The notes: generated by a model from the sequence alone, not told the origin. A stretch of 64,000 nucleotides of DNA from Eledone cirrhosa (GCA_964016885.1 OZ024742.1:183086001-183150000), one strand, 5' to 3'. Shown: positions 1 through 12,256, counted from the first letter of the stretch. Numbers and translations: made by a program.

Positions 1-49
1 GGGTTTAATCAATCACATTTACGTAATTATTTTATTTTATGTATATAAA

Positions 50-268
50 GAATCGATCGACTTTCGTCAAATCGGACCGAGGAAACAACGTTTCCGTTGG
101 TCTTTCCAGTTGCTAGTACTATCTATCGGTCGCTACTCCAGGTAGAAGGAGCAACGTGAAATAAAGTGTCTTGCTCAAGGACATAACGCATCGCCCGGTC
201 CAGGAATCGAACTCACAACCTCAGGATTGTGAATCCAATGTTCTAACCACTCAGCCACACGCCCTCAC
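50..268 (-). mobile_element. tRNA-derived SINE (family A)
   Basis: Minus strand has A-box TGGCTGAGTGG and B-box GAGTTCGATTCC, then tgtccttgagcaagacacttta; closely similar copy at 50075-50296 (+), diverged copies at 34000-34260 and 35745-35990. Confidence 0.85.
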
Positions 269-689
269 TATTTTATGTATATATATGTGGATATATATAC
301 ATATATCCACATATATATACATATATCCACACATATATACATATATATATATATGCCTTATATATATATATATATGTGTGGATATATATACATATATCCA
401 CACATATATACATATATCCACACATATATACCTTATATGCGACCACGGAAATGAAGCATGTTACTCTGTTGAAATACAAACACCAACCTACCCGGGTAAC
501 ACTGCGGGCATTGAGGGTAGCAAAAAACGACACACAGAATACAGCGAGACGCGGTGCAAATGACTTATGGCTATAACTATGCGAAGGCATCCAGTTGTCA
601 GTTGACAGAGGAAACAATCGCGAAATATATGAGGACATCAGGAAAGCCATCAGTACAACCGATAGCAAGATAGCTCCACTCAAATCCAG

Positions 690-1660
690 GACAGGCCATC
701 AAAGGCAAAAGAGAGCAGAGGGAGAGATGAGTCGAGCATTATTCTGAATTCTATGCATCATTGTTGGAGCGGAAGCATTGTTAGTGTAAATGTTCTAGGT
801 GCTGGATGTTCCCACAGTATGTTGTCCATGTTTCACATCCATACAGCTAAGCTGTACGCACACGTGCTTGATACACTTCAACTTTCTTGCGCACATTCGT
901 ATCTGACTGTGACCACAGGCGGGTCGACAGCTTACCAAAAGCATCGGAAGCCTTAGACAAACAGTAATTTGCCTCCTCATCAAGTGTTTTGGTTCTGGAG
1001 AGAGTACTAGCGAAGTCGATGAACTTATCTACAACCTTCAATATTTTGGCCGATATGAATGGTACAATATATAGTTTTCAGTGTTCATGTTGGTACATCA
1101 CCAGTGTCCTTTTCAGGCTGATTGTGAGCCCATACTCATTATATGCTGCCGAGAAGCAGTCCATCGGAAGATGAAAGACTTCTTCTGTGTGGCTAACAAG
1201 ATCACACGCGTCTACATAAAGAAGATAACGTATCAGTGATGCTGCAAGAAATCGACGAATGTTACAGAGCCTTCCTGTTGTTCGATAACATATATATATA
1301 TATATACGCCAACATTGGCGTTGATGAACGCTTTTAACCATATGTCTACAAAGAAGATGGCAAACAATGTGTGAGTGAACAGACCACTCTGTTTCACGCT
1401 TGTCTCAACTGAGAAAGGTTCTCCGCGCTCACCACTGACGTAAACCTCATGTCATCATGCAAGGAACGTATAAGCCCGCTAAGCATCTCAAAGTATCTCG
1501 GTTTCAAAAGTATACTCCAAAAGGCTTCCTTATTGACGGTGTCAAAAGTCTTAATGAGGTCAATAAGCAATTCTACAGATCAAGCTGTTGCTCCTTGCAC
1601 TTCTGCTGTATCTGTCACAGAGTGGAGATCGTATCTGAAGTGCCTTGGTATAGATAGACA
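690..1660 (-). pseudogene. degraded RTE-clade LINE reverse transcriptase fragment
   Basis: Broken frames give FDTVNKEAFWSILLK, LLYVDACDLVSHTEE (YADD region) and LSKASDAFGKL, collinear with the RTE at 19-22 kb. Confidence 0.75.
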
Positions 1661-1817
1661 TACATACATACATACATACATACATACATACATACATACA
1701 TACATACAAATAGATATCATGGTGCTGTGGCGTTGGTGTAAGTTGGATATGCTGAATGTGTAAAGAATAGTTGCATAGCAGTGTAGAGGAGAAGCGAGAA
1801 AGGGTAGAAAAGACATT

Positions 1818-1872
<55 letters not shown>

Positions 1873-2002
1873 TCTCTCTCTCTCTCCCTCTCCCTCTCTC
1901 TCTCTTTCTCTCTCTCTGATGGACAACGGGAGGAATGACAGTTAAGGTATATAGTGAGAAACAAATAAAGAGATAAATATAGCGAAGACAAAGAAGAAGA
2001 AA

Positions 2003-2050
<48 letters not shown>

Positions 2051-2052
<2 letters not shown>

Positions 2053-3533
2053 TTTCATTTATTAGCCACAAGGGCCGACATGTAGGAGACAATACAAAGA
2101 CAGGGACAGTGGGGGTTTACAATAAGGTCGAGTAAAAATGCACAATGGCAAGACTAATTTAACAATGAAAATATAAAAATATAAAATAAACTATGCATAA
2201 ATATAACAAAATAAAATCCCCGATAGGGGGTGGACGACCCTGGGGTGATTCGGGTACCCCACCAATCCTGAACCACCCTGCGCTTCTAGGGCACCCAGGG
2301 AAAGCACCCCTCTCCTCAAGTTAGCCAGCCTATATGCGCATGGTCAGACTAGGCCCATTCACACGAGCCATTCTCGCCACATTCACCCACCTTTTAGCAA
2401 ATGTACTGGGGGGGGCAGCACTTCTCTCTCCACCCTCACCCTCCTTTCCAGGTGAAACTTGAAGAAGTTGATGAGGGATTGGCCGAAGAGAAAAGTGTCT
2501 GTCTTTAGTCCTTTCAACCTGGTCCACCATATAATCTCTTTCGCAACTGCCACCAGACAGAGGAAAATTTCCTGCTCTTCCTGACCTAAGGAAGGTGGCG
2601 GCTCGATCTTCACTATGGACTCGGCCGATAGCCGGATTCGTTCCACACGCGACAGTAGCTGTTCGACATAATTCCACAAGTCAGTAATGCACGAACATTG
2701 GACAAGTGCGTGCAGAACGGTTTCGTCGTTCTGTGCGCATCTTGGGCAGGTCCGTCTGACAGCACTTCCGTGCCTGTAGAGTTTATCCCGAACCGGCAGT
2801 GCCCCCCCCCCCCCCCGGTAGCACTGCCAAGCGAGGGATTTCTGGAAATTGTCCATCGTCCCCGGCTCAAAAGTCCTCCAGTACAGACTGGTCAGTTCGA
2901 CTTCGTCGAGGCCCAAAGCTTCTCCGAGTGCGTCATCGCACTTGCCCACCACTAATCCTCTATAGAACTCGAGAGTGGAAGTTCCACTGATCGCATTGCC
3001 CACTTGGTAGAGGGCAGTGAGTGCCTGGCAACATTCCAGGTGCCAGTCACCCAGTCTCGGTCTTTTCTTGACCCAGGACTGCAGCTCAGTCAAAGAAATG
3101 AGCGGCAGAAAGGTCCCTCTGATAAACGGCGACCACACCTGTTCACCGTTGAGGCAGAATATCTGGAGATGTCGCAGCCTCAACGCATGTCTGCGCATCA
3201 TTAGCCACGGCATGCCCAGTCCTCCGTGTAGAGGGTGCTGGCAGCAGATGGACCACCTCACCAACGGAACTTGTCCCCTCCACAAGAATTTGAAGAGGAG
3301 CCGTTCCAACTTGACGAGGCGCGGACGGGGGCAAGGCACGACGGCCAGGCGGTAGTAGATGACGAACGCGATGTACGCATTCGCCACCTCCGCGCGACCT
3401 TTCAGTGATAGCTTCCTCCCAGCCGATTTTTGGGTGAGACTGGCTACTCTGCTCGTTACCTCGTCCCAATTCTTTTCCACCTGGAGGTCTGGTCCGAACC
3501 AAACCCCGAGCAACTTTCATATTCCTTCAATAA
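2051..3533 (-). mobile_element. 5'-truncated Tx1-group L1 retrotransposon (ORF2 C-terminus, ORF 2383-3513)
   Basis: LGVWFGPD, GGLGMP, GALPVRDKL and CPRC..ETVLHALVQC zinc-binding motif; 3' UTR ends AATAAATGAAATC followed by (ATT)n; (AAT)n on both flanks; homologous to 38847-44721. Confidence 0.93.
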
Positions 3534-3581
<48 letters not shown>

Positions 3582-3679
3582 TGTTTCTACTTTAGGCACA
3601 AGGCCAGCAATTACCCAGATAATGCTTTCTTTATAACCACAAGGGTTTACACAAAGTAGACATTAAGGACAGAACAGGA

Positions 3680-6420
3680 AAGAAGAAGAAGAAGAAGAAG
3701 AAGAAGAAGAAGAAGAAGAAGAAGAAGAAGAAGAAGAAGAAGAAGAAGAAGAAGAAGAATGGTATAAGTGACACTGTAGAAGAAATTAAGAAAGACATGA
3801 ACAGATGCTGGAAATATGTATATGTGTGTGTGTCTGTGTGTCTGAGTAAATAGAAAGAATGTTGGCGACGCGAATCTTAAGGAGTACATATCAGTGAGAG
3901 AGAATAGGAAAAGAGATTGGCCGATACAGAGAGAGGGAGAGAGAGAGGGGGGAGGGGGAGGGAGAGAGAGGGTAAAGCTTGGAATATAAGTGACAACATT
4001 ACTTGGTTGTAGTAATTTTACAGTGAATGTCTAAGAAAATGGATGCAATGCAAGTGTATGGAATATGGTGTGTGTGAGCATGTGTGTGCGGCGTGTATAG
4101 TATGTGTTTGTGGATGTGATTGCGTCTGAGCTGGTGCGCGCGCGGTTAAATGAAATATATATAAAGTGTGGATGTGGATGTAACTGCGTAGGTGTGTATA
4201 TATGTGTGTCTTTGTGTACAGCAGAATGAAATATATAGAAAATATGTCTATAAATGTGGTTGTTTGTGTGTGTGCGTGTGTATGTGTTTCAGTTCTCCTG
4301 AATGAGATAGAAAGCGTGTATGTGGATGTGACTATGTGTATGACAGTGTGTGCTTGAGCGTGTGTGTGTTTATGTCTGTTTTAGAGCGTGTAGGCGTCTG
4401 TGTCTGTCTCTGTGTGTGTGTGCACGCGCGCGTCTGTGCGCGTCTGCGTCTGGGTGAGTGTGTCTGTGTGAATTGTGTGTGTGTATATGTGTATGCGTGT
4501 ACGTGTGTGTATATGTGTATGCGTGTAAGGGTAATTGTGTTTGTTTGTGTGTGAAAATGTCTTTATAAATGTGCGCATATGTATTCATATATATTTGTGT
4601 GTGTGTGCGTGCGTGTGTGTGTAGAACACGAATGAAGAAAACATGAGTCAACGGTTGAGTGAACGTGTGAGTGGACGTGTGAGTGTGAGCGAGAGTGAGT
4701 GTGGGAGTGAGTAAGAGTGTGCATGAGTGATTGCGAATGTGGGTGAGTAGGGATGTGATTGAGAGTGTGGGTGAGTGAACGAGAGTGTGGGTATGGTATG
4801 TTGGGTGAGTGAATGACTTGAGTGAATGTGTGTAGGACATGAGTGTGTATGTATGAGTTGGGGAGCGTGTGAGTTTAGTGAATGTTTGAATTGAGTAAAT
4901 GGTTATATGTCTGAATATGTGAGTAAGAATGTGGGAGAGTGAGTGAGAGAGAGAGTGGATGTGTTGAGTGGATGTTTGATTCGAGTGGATATGTGAGATT
5001 GAGTGTGTGAGTGAGAAAGATTTAGAGAAAATTCAGAGAAAAGAAAAGAAACGAGAAAGTAAAGAACAGAAAAGTGATAGAGTGAGTGAGTGAGTGAGTG
5101 AGGTGGATGGATGAGTGGATGGATGGACAGACAGGTGGTGGAGAGTGTGGATGGTGTTGATGGTGGCGGTATGTATGTTGGTGTAGGAGATGGTGGTGGA
5201 GTGTGTGGATAATTGGAAACTATTCTGTTGGTGGTAGTTGTTGCTGCATTTTAGAGCCAGGTCAGTCCCGGTAAAATAGGTAGACCTTTAATCAAAGGCC
5301 TTCCAGCCATGGCCATCATGATTTTTCATCGGTCAATATAACCCAGACTACACCATTCAATGTGCCGTTTGTATGTTTTCTAAGAGCTGCTATTTCTAGC
5401 ACAAAGTGCGAGCACGTACAGGTCACCTTGTTTGTTATTGTTGCTGTTATAGTAGTTGCAGACAACAGCAGTGAAAGCAACACCATCAGTAGCAGCTGCT
5501 GCTGTTGCAGTGAAGATCTGCAAAACAGTAGTAGTAGTAGTGTGAGGCGTCCTTTTAGTTTAACTGTAAGATTTTATGGACGCCGCCACCATTGCTGTTA
5601 TTGTTGTTGTTCTTGCTGCTGCTACTGTTGTAGTTGTGTTGCTATGATGGACGCCATCTTTGCTGTCTTCCTATAACTGTTCATAAGCCGTGCCACATAA
5701 TTACATATTAGATTTGCTTCTCACACATGAACATACAGGCTTGCTAGGTAGATAGCTAGATAAGGAGAGAGCTGACTAGATAGAGAGCTGGCTGGATAGA
5801 GAGCTAGCAAGCTAGAGAGCTATGTAGGTGAAGAGCTAGATAAGTAGACAGATGGGTAGGTAGAGAGCTGGTGAGGTGATGAACTGGCTAGTTTGAGAGC
5901 TGGATAGGGAGAGAGCTGGCCAGTTTGAGAGTGAGATAAGGAGAGAACTGGCTAAGTGGAGAGGTAGATAGGTGGAGAGGTAGATAAATAGAAAGGTAGA
6001 TAGATAAAGAGGTAGATAGATGGAGTGGTAGCTACGCCGAGAGCTGGCTAGGTAGAGAGCTAGACAAACAGGTAGACAGATACCCAAACTAACAAACAGT
6101 GAGACTAGTAAATAGAGAGAGGTAGACAAATATATGTATGACGATAGGGAAAAACAAAGACATAAAAACAAAGACATACAGAGAGAGAGAGCAACAATAT
6201 ACATAGAGAAAGATATATAGACAGATATAGAGAGAGACAGAGAGACAAGAAGCTAGATTTATAGGTAGAGAGAAATAGAGAAAGAGAGAGACAGAGAGGG
6301 AGAGACAGATAGAAAGAGACAGAGAGATTGGTGGAAAGAGAAAGAGATAGATAGATCGATAAAGACATGGGTACATAAATCCATATACATAAATAGATAT
6401 ATATTTCTGTGTATATATTG
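3680..6420. repeat. simple/low-complexity tract: (GAA)n, (GT)n, (GAGT)n, CAG/TGT triplets, GA-rich
   Basis: Read directly; overlapping ORFs are repeat translations. Confidence 0.9.
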
Positions 6421-6450
6421 ACATGCATATGTATATATATATATATATAT

Positions 6451-6902
6451 ACAATATATTAACAAATGGAAACTATATTTATAAAACCATATTTATTTCA
6501 TTATACATATTTCAAGGGCCACGAGAGCAAACTATGGTGCGCTTTCATGAGATAAAATATAATATAGGTTAGTTTTATAAATAAATATTGACATACCCTT
6601 AAAAAGTACAACCATTCTGGTTGGAATCTCCTATCCAGCAGATTCCAACCAGAATGGGTGCATTTTTTAAGGGTATGTCAATATTTATTTATAAAACTAA
6701 CCTATATTATATTTTATCTGATGAAAGCGCACCATAGTTTGCTCTGGTGGCCCTTGAAATATGTATAATGAAATAAATATGGTTTTATAAATATAGTTTT
6801 CATTTGTTAATATATTGTATATTTACTCCAATAATTTGTTGAGTGCTTTATATCAGTTATAAAAATATTTTGCTTGTTGTATCCCAACAAATTAAATATA
6901 AC

Positions 6903-6905
<3 letters not shown>
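6451..6905 (+). mobile_element. fold-back Penelope-like terminal element (arms ~6451-6629 and 6640-6819, plus ~85 bp one-sided tail)
   Basis: ~180 bp near-perfect inverted repeat between (TA)n tracts containing a hammerhead; homologous to 11373-11670. Confidence 0.85.
6711..6774 (+). ncRNA. type I hammerhead ribozyme
   Basis: ATTTTAT-CTGATGA-aagcgcacca..tggtggccctt-GAAA-tatgta-TA-ATGAAAT with a 7-bp stem I; the mirror copy on the minus strand (~6495-6558) has CTCATGA (core mutation). Confidence 0.8.
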
Positions 6906-6966
<61 letters not shown>

Positions 6967-7236
6967 GTCCATATACGTATATAGACATATATGTATATGA
7001 ATATTCACATAGGCATACATACATAAATATTTGTCGTATATAAACGACAGACATATGTACATGTATATATTTGGTTGTATATACTGTCATATGTATACAT
7101 ATTTATATATATATATGTGCGTGTGTTTGTATAGTGTATGTGATTCAGTGAATTACTGGTGGTGGTGGTACCAAAATACCACTCGATGCATATGCAGAGA
7201 TATATAATATATAAACATACATGTGCATTTTGATTA

Positions 7237-7275
<39 letters not shown>

Positions 7276-7650
7276 AACACATATATATATATACATACAC
7301 GTATATATATATATATACATACACGTATATATCTATATATATACACACACACAAACTAATAATTATACATATGAATATAAACTATTAACTAATATGCATG
7401 TATCTCTTTATATTTATAGGTATCATATATATTATATAATATACATATACACGTGTGTGTATGTGCACAAATACATATACAGATATTTATGTATACGTAT
7501 AAACATAGATATATGTATATATTATCATATACTGTATACATATATTGTATATACTAAATAAGTATTTATAAATATATGTATCATATATATATAAAATACA
7601 TATATGCATACACATATTTACAGGTGTGTGCGTGTTCGTGTGTGGGTATG

Positions 7651-7684
<34 letters not shown>

Positions 7685-7826
7685 TTTCCAGGTCTCTACA
7701 AGATTTTCTCCACTATCATTTATAGAGATCGATGGATATTATAGTCATTAACGTTAGGAAGACTACATTTCTAATATATATCTGATATATATACATTTAC
7801 ACGTACTACCATACGCACACACTCAC

Positions 7827-7904
<78 letters not shown>

Positions 7905-7965
7905 TATATATATATATAGTTGTGTATAGTGGTAGCTATGGTGCTTCCATATAATATATAATATA

Positions 7966-7995
<30 letters not shown>

Positions 7996-7999
<4 letters not shown>

Positions 8000-8367
8000 A
8001 AAGAATAGAGGTGTAAAACACAAGTTATTATATATTGGTAAACGGAATAGAAAATGCTGACAAATTGTTCACAGTGAAAAATAGTTTAATTAGGAATAAG
8101 TGAGAATTAGTAATTGTATTGGTTAGTATTGTGTTTTGGTTTTAAGTTTTACCGGTTGCGCATTTCTAATGCTTTTCAAAAATAATTTTGAGATAGAGCG
8201 TCCGTGATGTTTGCTCTGATCTATTTTTGAAAAGCATTAGAAATGCGCAACCGGTAAAACTTAAAACCAAAACTCAATACTAACCAATACAATTACTAAT
8301 TCTCACTTATTCCTAATTAAACTATTTTTCACTGTGAACAATTTGTCAGCATTTTCTATTCCGTTTA

Positions 8368-8375
<8 letters not shown>
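7996..8375. mobile_element. fold-back element (arms ~8031-8184 and 8222-8375) with a variant hammerhead-like motif
   Basis: ~153 bp near-perfect inverted repeat between (TA)n tracts; TTGAAAA-gcat/atgc-GCAA-ccgg-TA motif in both arms. Confidence 0.75.
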
Positions 8376-8415
<40 letters not shown>

Positions 8416-8417
8416 AT

Positions 8418-8990
8418 TCTGCAAAGGGCTTGCCTATTGACTGTGTTGAAATCCTTCGTGAGATCAATAAAGCAATTGTACAGGTCATGATGTTGCTTCT
8501 TACACTTCTGCATCAGTCGCACAGTGAAGGGTATATCTGCAGAGGCCCGATATGGACCAAAACAACACTGAGATTCCGACAGAATGTTAGGTGCAACGTG
8601 CATCAGCAGATTTTGAAGAATCCTGATAAAGATTTTACCAACAAAGAAATGAGGGTATTATCAGAAACATTTTGGGTCCCTTCTTGAAGAGGGAGATGAA
8701 AATGGCAACTTTCCAGTCCTCTGTGACTGCATTCTTCAACGACACCTGGTGGTATATGTTATGTAGTTGATCGTTTACTTTTGGAGCACATTGTTGCATT
8801 ATTTTGGTTACTATATCACCCTTCATAAGTGCTTTGTTAGTGTTCATTTGTCTCAGTGTAGTCTTAACCTCTTTCAATGCAAGAGGATCATCAAGCTTGT
8901 TAATGCCGGGAGCCTGCAATATGGCCCCAAGCACGTTGGGATTATACGAGAGATATGTAGCTTAGGTGGTCGTTAAAGTGTTCACGCCAT
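8418..8990 (-). pseudogene. degraded RTE LINE RT fragment
   Basis: LDDPLALKEVKTTLRQM, EDWKVAIFISLFKKG, ILSESQCCFGPYR, CFIDLTKDFNTVNRQAL. Confidence 0.8.
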
Positions 8991-9024
8991 CTTGCTTCGA
9001 TTTCATCAGACTTCCGGAACACTT

Positions 9025-9570
9025 CGTTTCCATTCATTGAGCAATCCAAGAGTCAAAATCAATGCGGGGCCTGGGTATTGACATGAGCAATAATGCATCG
9101 TTTCATGCACACATCACCAAAATGATGGCAATGTGCAGAGGACTGGTGGGTTGGATTCTGAGAACATTCAGGACAAAAGACCCGGAAACCATGGTCCTCT
9201 TGGGGACTTTCATCCTCAGCCGATTGTACTATTTCTCACGGTTGTGGTCACTCCACAGTGTTAAAACTAACTGCAGAACTTGAAGCAATCCAACGAAGCT
9301 ATACCAAGAGGATTGCTTCAATGAAAGAAATGAGCTACTGGTAGAGGCAGAATAAACTAAAGCTTTACTCCCTGAAGTAAAGATGGGAGAGATACGCAGT
9401 GATATACATATGGAAGATCCTGGAAGGATTAGCACCAAACTTCGGCATTGATGACAGGCCCAACCCACGAGTAGGACGCATCGGGAATAAGGACCAAATG
9501 CTGCAATAGCCAGGGGTTCAAGGGAGCCCTGCTTTTTAATAAGCTGCCAAAAAATCTGAGATCTAACGTT
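9025..9570 (+). pseudogene. CR1/L2-group LINE ORF2 3' fragment
   Basis: RGLGIDMSNNASFHAHI, GWILRTF, ELEAIQRSYTKRI, ERYAVIYIWKILEGL; a related terminal piece lies at ~51380-51555 (-). Confidence 0.75.
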
Positions 9571-9817
9571 TCCACGAACCAAAGTATCGTCTTCTTGTCT
9601 TCCTTCGGTTGCAACGTTTTTCGAAATATTTACTTCTGCGTTCACAGATTGATTTTTTTAGTTTCAGAAGATCCCGCTAAGGGTAAAAGCAGCGATTCTT
9701 TGCTTAAACTTTAATCTGTTATTTTAATAAATATTTGCTCTACGGTTCTTATATATTTGATATATATTTATCCTTATCGAGCCCTCTTTGTATTTTAGTC
9801 TTCAAATTTATTATTAT

Positions 9818-9852
<35 letters not shown>

Positions 9853-10177
9853 TGAATACATATATGAAGATGATAATTACGGAGAGACCATCCGTTTCGA
9901 CAATGAGCATTCGGTCGTTCGATGAACTGAACGACCGTGAATTAGCATTTACGTGGTTGGATATTCCCCAGACACGTGTATCCTTAACCAAATACCAAGA
10001 CACAATCAGTGTGACACAATATGTAACAAGCCAAATTATTTGAATTATGGGTACAATCCATCCAACCTGCTTCCATACAGATTCATTTACACAATTTCAC
10101 TCCCAAGCCTTGGGTCCACCTGACATTGAACACGGAACCATATAAATTGCCAACCACATAGCCCTGCTGCGTCCTTC

Positions 10178-10211
<34 letters not shown>

Positions 10212-10263
10212 TTCAAAATAAATAAGAACGAGGTGTCAGAGAATCATCGTCAAGTTTATTTAG

Positions 10264-10350
10264 GTGTGACGTGTGTTTCGCTATTGATCAGCTGAAGGTT
10301 CGATCTGTACTGATCTAGCCCGACTCTGTAATCAAAAGCTCATCAGACAC
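10264..10350 (-). ncRNA. type I hammerhead ribozyme with extended stem II
   Basis: GTGT-CTGATGA-gcttttgatta..(~60 nt in total)..tgatcaatagc-GAAA-cacacg-TC-ACAC. Confidence 0.8.
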
Positions 10351-10380
10351 TTGGTTAACCAAATAGGAGTCTGATCAAGA

Positions 10381-10465
10381 GTCTGATGAGCTTTTCATTA
10401 CAGAGTCGGGCTAGATCGATATAGATCGAACCTTCAGCTGATCAATAGCGAAACGCACGTCACAC
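10381..10465 (+). ncRNA. type I hammerhead ribozyme with extended stem II
   Basis: CTGATGA 10383-10389, GAAA 10450-10453, GTC cleavage triplet 10459-10461; stem I weaker than in the minus-strand copy. Confidence 0.7.
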
Positions 10466-10532
10466 CTGAATAAACTTAATGATACTCTGACACCTCGTTT
10501 TTATTTATTTTGATATTATGTATAACACACAG

Positions 10533-10588
<56 letters not shown>

Positions 10589-10962
10589 CTGTGTGTTAGT
10601 TTAGTTAACTAACTTGTACCTTCGTTGGCCTGTTAAAGTACAGTACGTGGTGTTATACATAATATCAAAATAAATAAAAACGAGGTGTCAGAGTACCATT
10701 AAGTTTATTCAGGTGTGACGTGCATTTCGCTATTGATCAGCTGAAGGTTCGATCTATATCGATCTAGCCCGACTCTGTAATCAAAAGCTCATCAGACTCT
10801 TCATCAGACTCTTATTTGGTTAATCAAAAGTCTGATGAGCTTTTGATTACAGAGTCGGGCTAGATCAGAAAAAATCGAACCTTCAGCGGATAAATAACAA
10901 AACGCACGTCACACCTAAATAAACTTAACGATGATACTCTGGCACCTCGTTCTTATTTATTT

Positions 10963-10993
<31 letters not shown>

Positions 10994-10995
<2 letters not shown>

Positions 10996-11318
10996 CCCTT
11001 CGATATAAATACCCCCTCCGCCTCCGTGGTATTTTCTTCGGGGTTATAAGAGGCTTAGCTCTGTTTCTCGACCGTTATATCGCGTGACTATCTCCCCCTC
11101 CGCCTTTTGGGATTCTTTCTCACGTCGTGTAGACGCGTTCTTGAGGCTAGTAAAATGAGGTATCCTCTTGATAAGTCGGCAGACCTCGCAGGGACTCTAT
11201 ATCTTTATGATGTATTGTTTTTGTTTATGCCACGAAACTACGTAGTCGAGGAATCTAGGAGCAGTTTAGGTATGATACATTTTATTACTAATTATATCTA
11301 AATGTTTCTTCTCTCTTC

Positions 11319-11320
<2 letters not shown>
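10994..11320 (+). mobile_element. solo PLE pseudo-LTR-like fragment in (TA)n
   Basis: TATAAATA near the 5' end, internal hammerhead variant, (TA)n on both flanks. Confidence 0.6.
11163..11252 (+). ncRNA. hammerhead ribozyme, U3-A8 core variant
   Basis: TCCTC-TTGATAA-gtcggca..(long)..tgccac-GAAA-ctacgtag-TC-GAGGA; 5-bp stem I, palindromic stem III. Confidence 0.75.
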
Positions 11321-11372
<52 letters not shown>

Positions 11373-11373
<1 letters not shown>

Positions 11374-11668
11374 GATATTAATAAATGGAAACTATATTTA
11401 TAAAACCATATTTATTTCATTATACATATTTTTAAAAGGGTACGTCAAAGCTATTTGTAAAACTGTTATATATTGTATTTTGTCTGATGAAGGCATACCA
11501 AGATTTAATGTGGTATCCCTGAAATATGTATAATGAAATAAATATGGTTTTATAAATATAGTTTCCATTTATTAATATCGTATATGTACTCCAAAAACTT
11601 GTCGAGTGCTTTATATCAGTTATAAAAATATTTACTTGTTGTATCCCAACAACTTTAAATAGAACTTT

Positions 11669-11670
<2 letters not shown>
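11373..11670 (+). mobile_element. fold-back PLE terminal element, same family as 6451-6905
   Basis: Short inverted arm 11373-11431 pairs with 11522-11580; same tail ending gtatcccaacaa. Confidence 0.85.
11477..11539 (+). ncRNA. type I hammerhead ribozyme
   Basis: ATTTTGT-CTGATGA-aggcatacca..tggtatccct-GAAA-tatgta-TA-ATGAAAT; stem II differs in sequence from the 6711 copy but stays paired. Confidence 0.85.
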
Positions 11671-11742
<72 letters not shown>

Positions 11743-11746
<4 letters not shown>

Positions 11747-11942
11747 AAAATAGTCAGGACCCCGACGGCAAAGCTCAAGCCGTTTCGACAGCTATTTCTA
11801 GGTCCAGAAATAGCTGTCGAAACGGCTTGAGCTCTGCCGTCGGGGTCCTGACTCTTTTTCTTATTACCCACTCTACTACTCAAAGTATCGAGTACTCTGG
11901 TGCGTTATGGTCCACCTGGTTCCTTACCACACTTCCTTCGTT
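11743..11942 (+). mobile_element. hairpin element with the 3' half of a hammerhead (family E)
   Basis: ~47 bp hairpin; GAAA-cggc..gccg-TC-ggggtc; further copies at 11957-12143, 22760-22925, 52417-52479, 53088-53172, 56251-56436. Confidence 0.8.
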
Positions 11943-11956
11943 ATATATATATATAT

Positions 11957-12143
11957 CAGATAGGGCTTGGAAAAAAAACAGGTGGACCATAACCCACCCG
12001 AGTACTCGATACTTTGGATAGTGGAGTGGGTAATATGAAAAGATTCAGGACCCCGACGGCTGAGCTCCGGCCGCTTCGACAGCTAGATCGGATCTAGCTG
12101 TCGAAATGGCCGGAGCTCACCCGTTGGGGTCCTGAATTTTTTC
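11957..12143 (-). mobile_element. family E hairpin element, opposite orientation
   Basis: ttcaggaccccgacgg..gacagctagatc/gatctagctgtc..ggggtcctgaa with the tail on the left. Confidence 0.8.
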
Positions 12144-12177
12144 ATATATATATATATAATATATGTATATGTATATG

Positions 12178-12256
<79 letters not shown>

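Larger units (their letters stand above)
10213..10965. mobile_element. nested palindrome of four hammerhead-bearing PLE terminal repeats
   Basis: Hairpin 10213-10512 and its inverted copy 10665-10965 flank a central (TA)n; related fragment at ~53835-54032 (-). Confidence 0.85.

Noticed and set aside
5362-5690. Cys/Gln-rich ORF and an AAGATGGCG start-like motif on the minus strand
   Set aside because: Triplet low-complexity sequence; the minus-strand frame stops after 11 codons
9565-9820. Possible decayed hammerhead or pLTR (cagaaga-tccc..ggg-taaaa)
   Set aside because: Both core segments are mutated and stem I does not close
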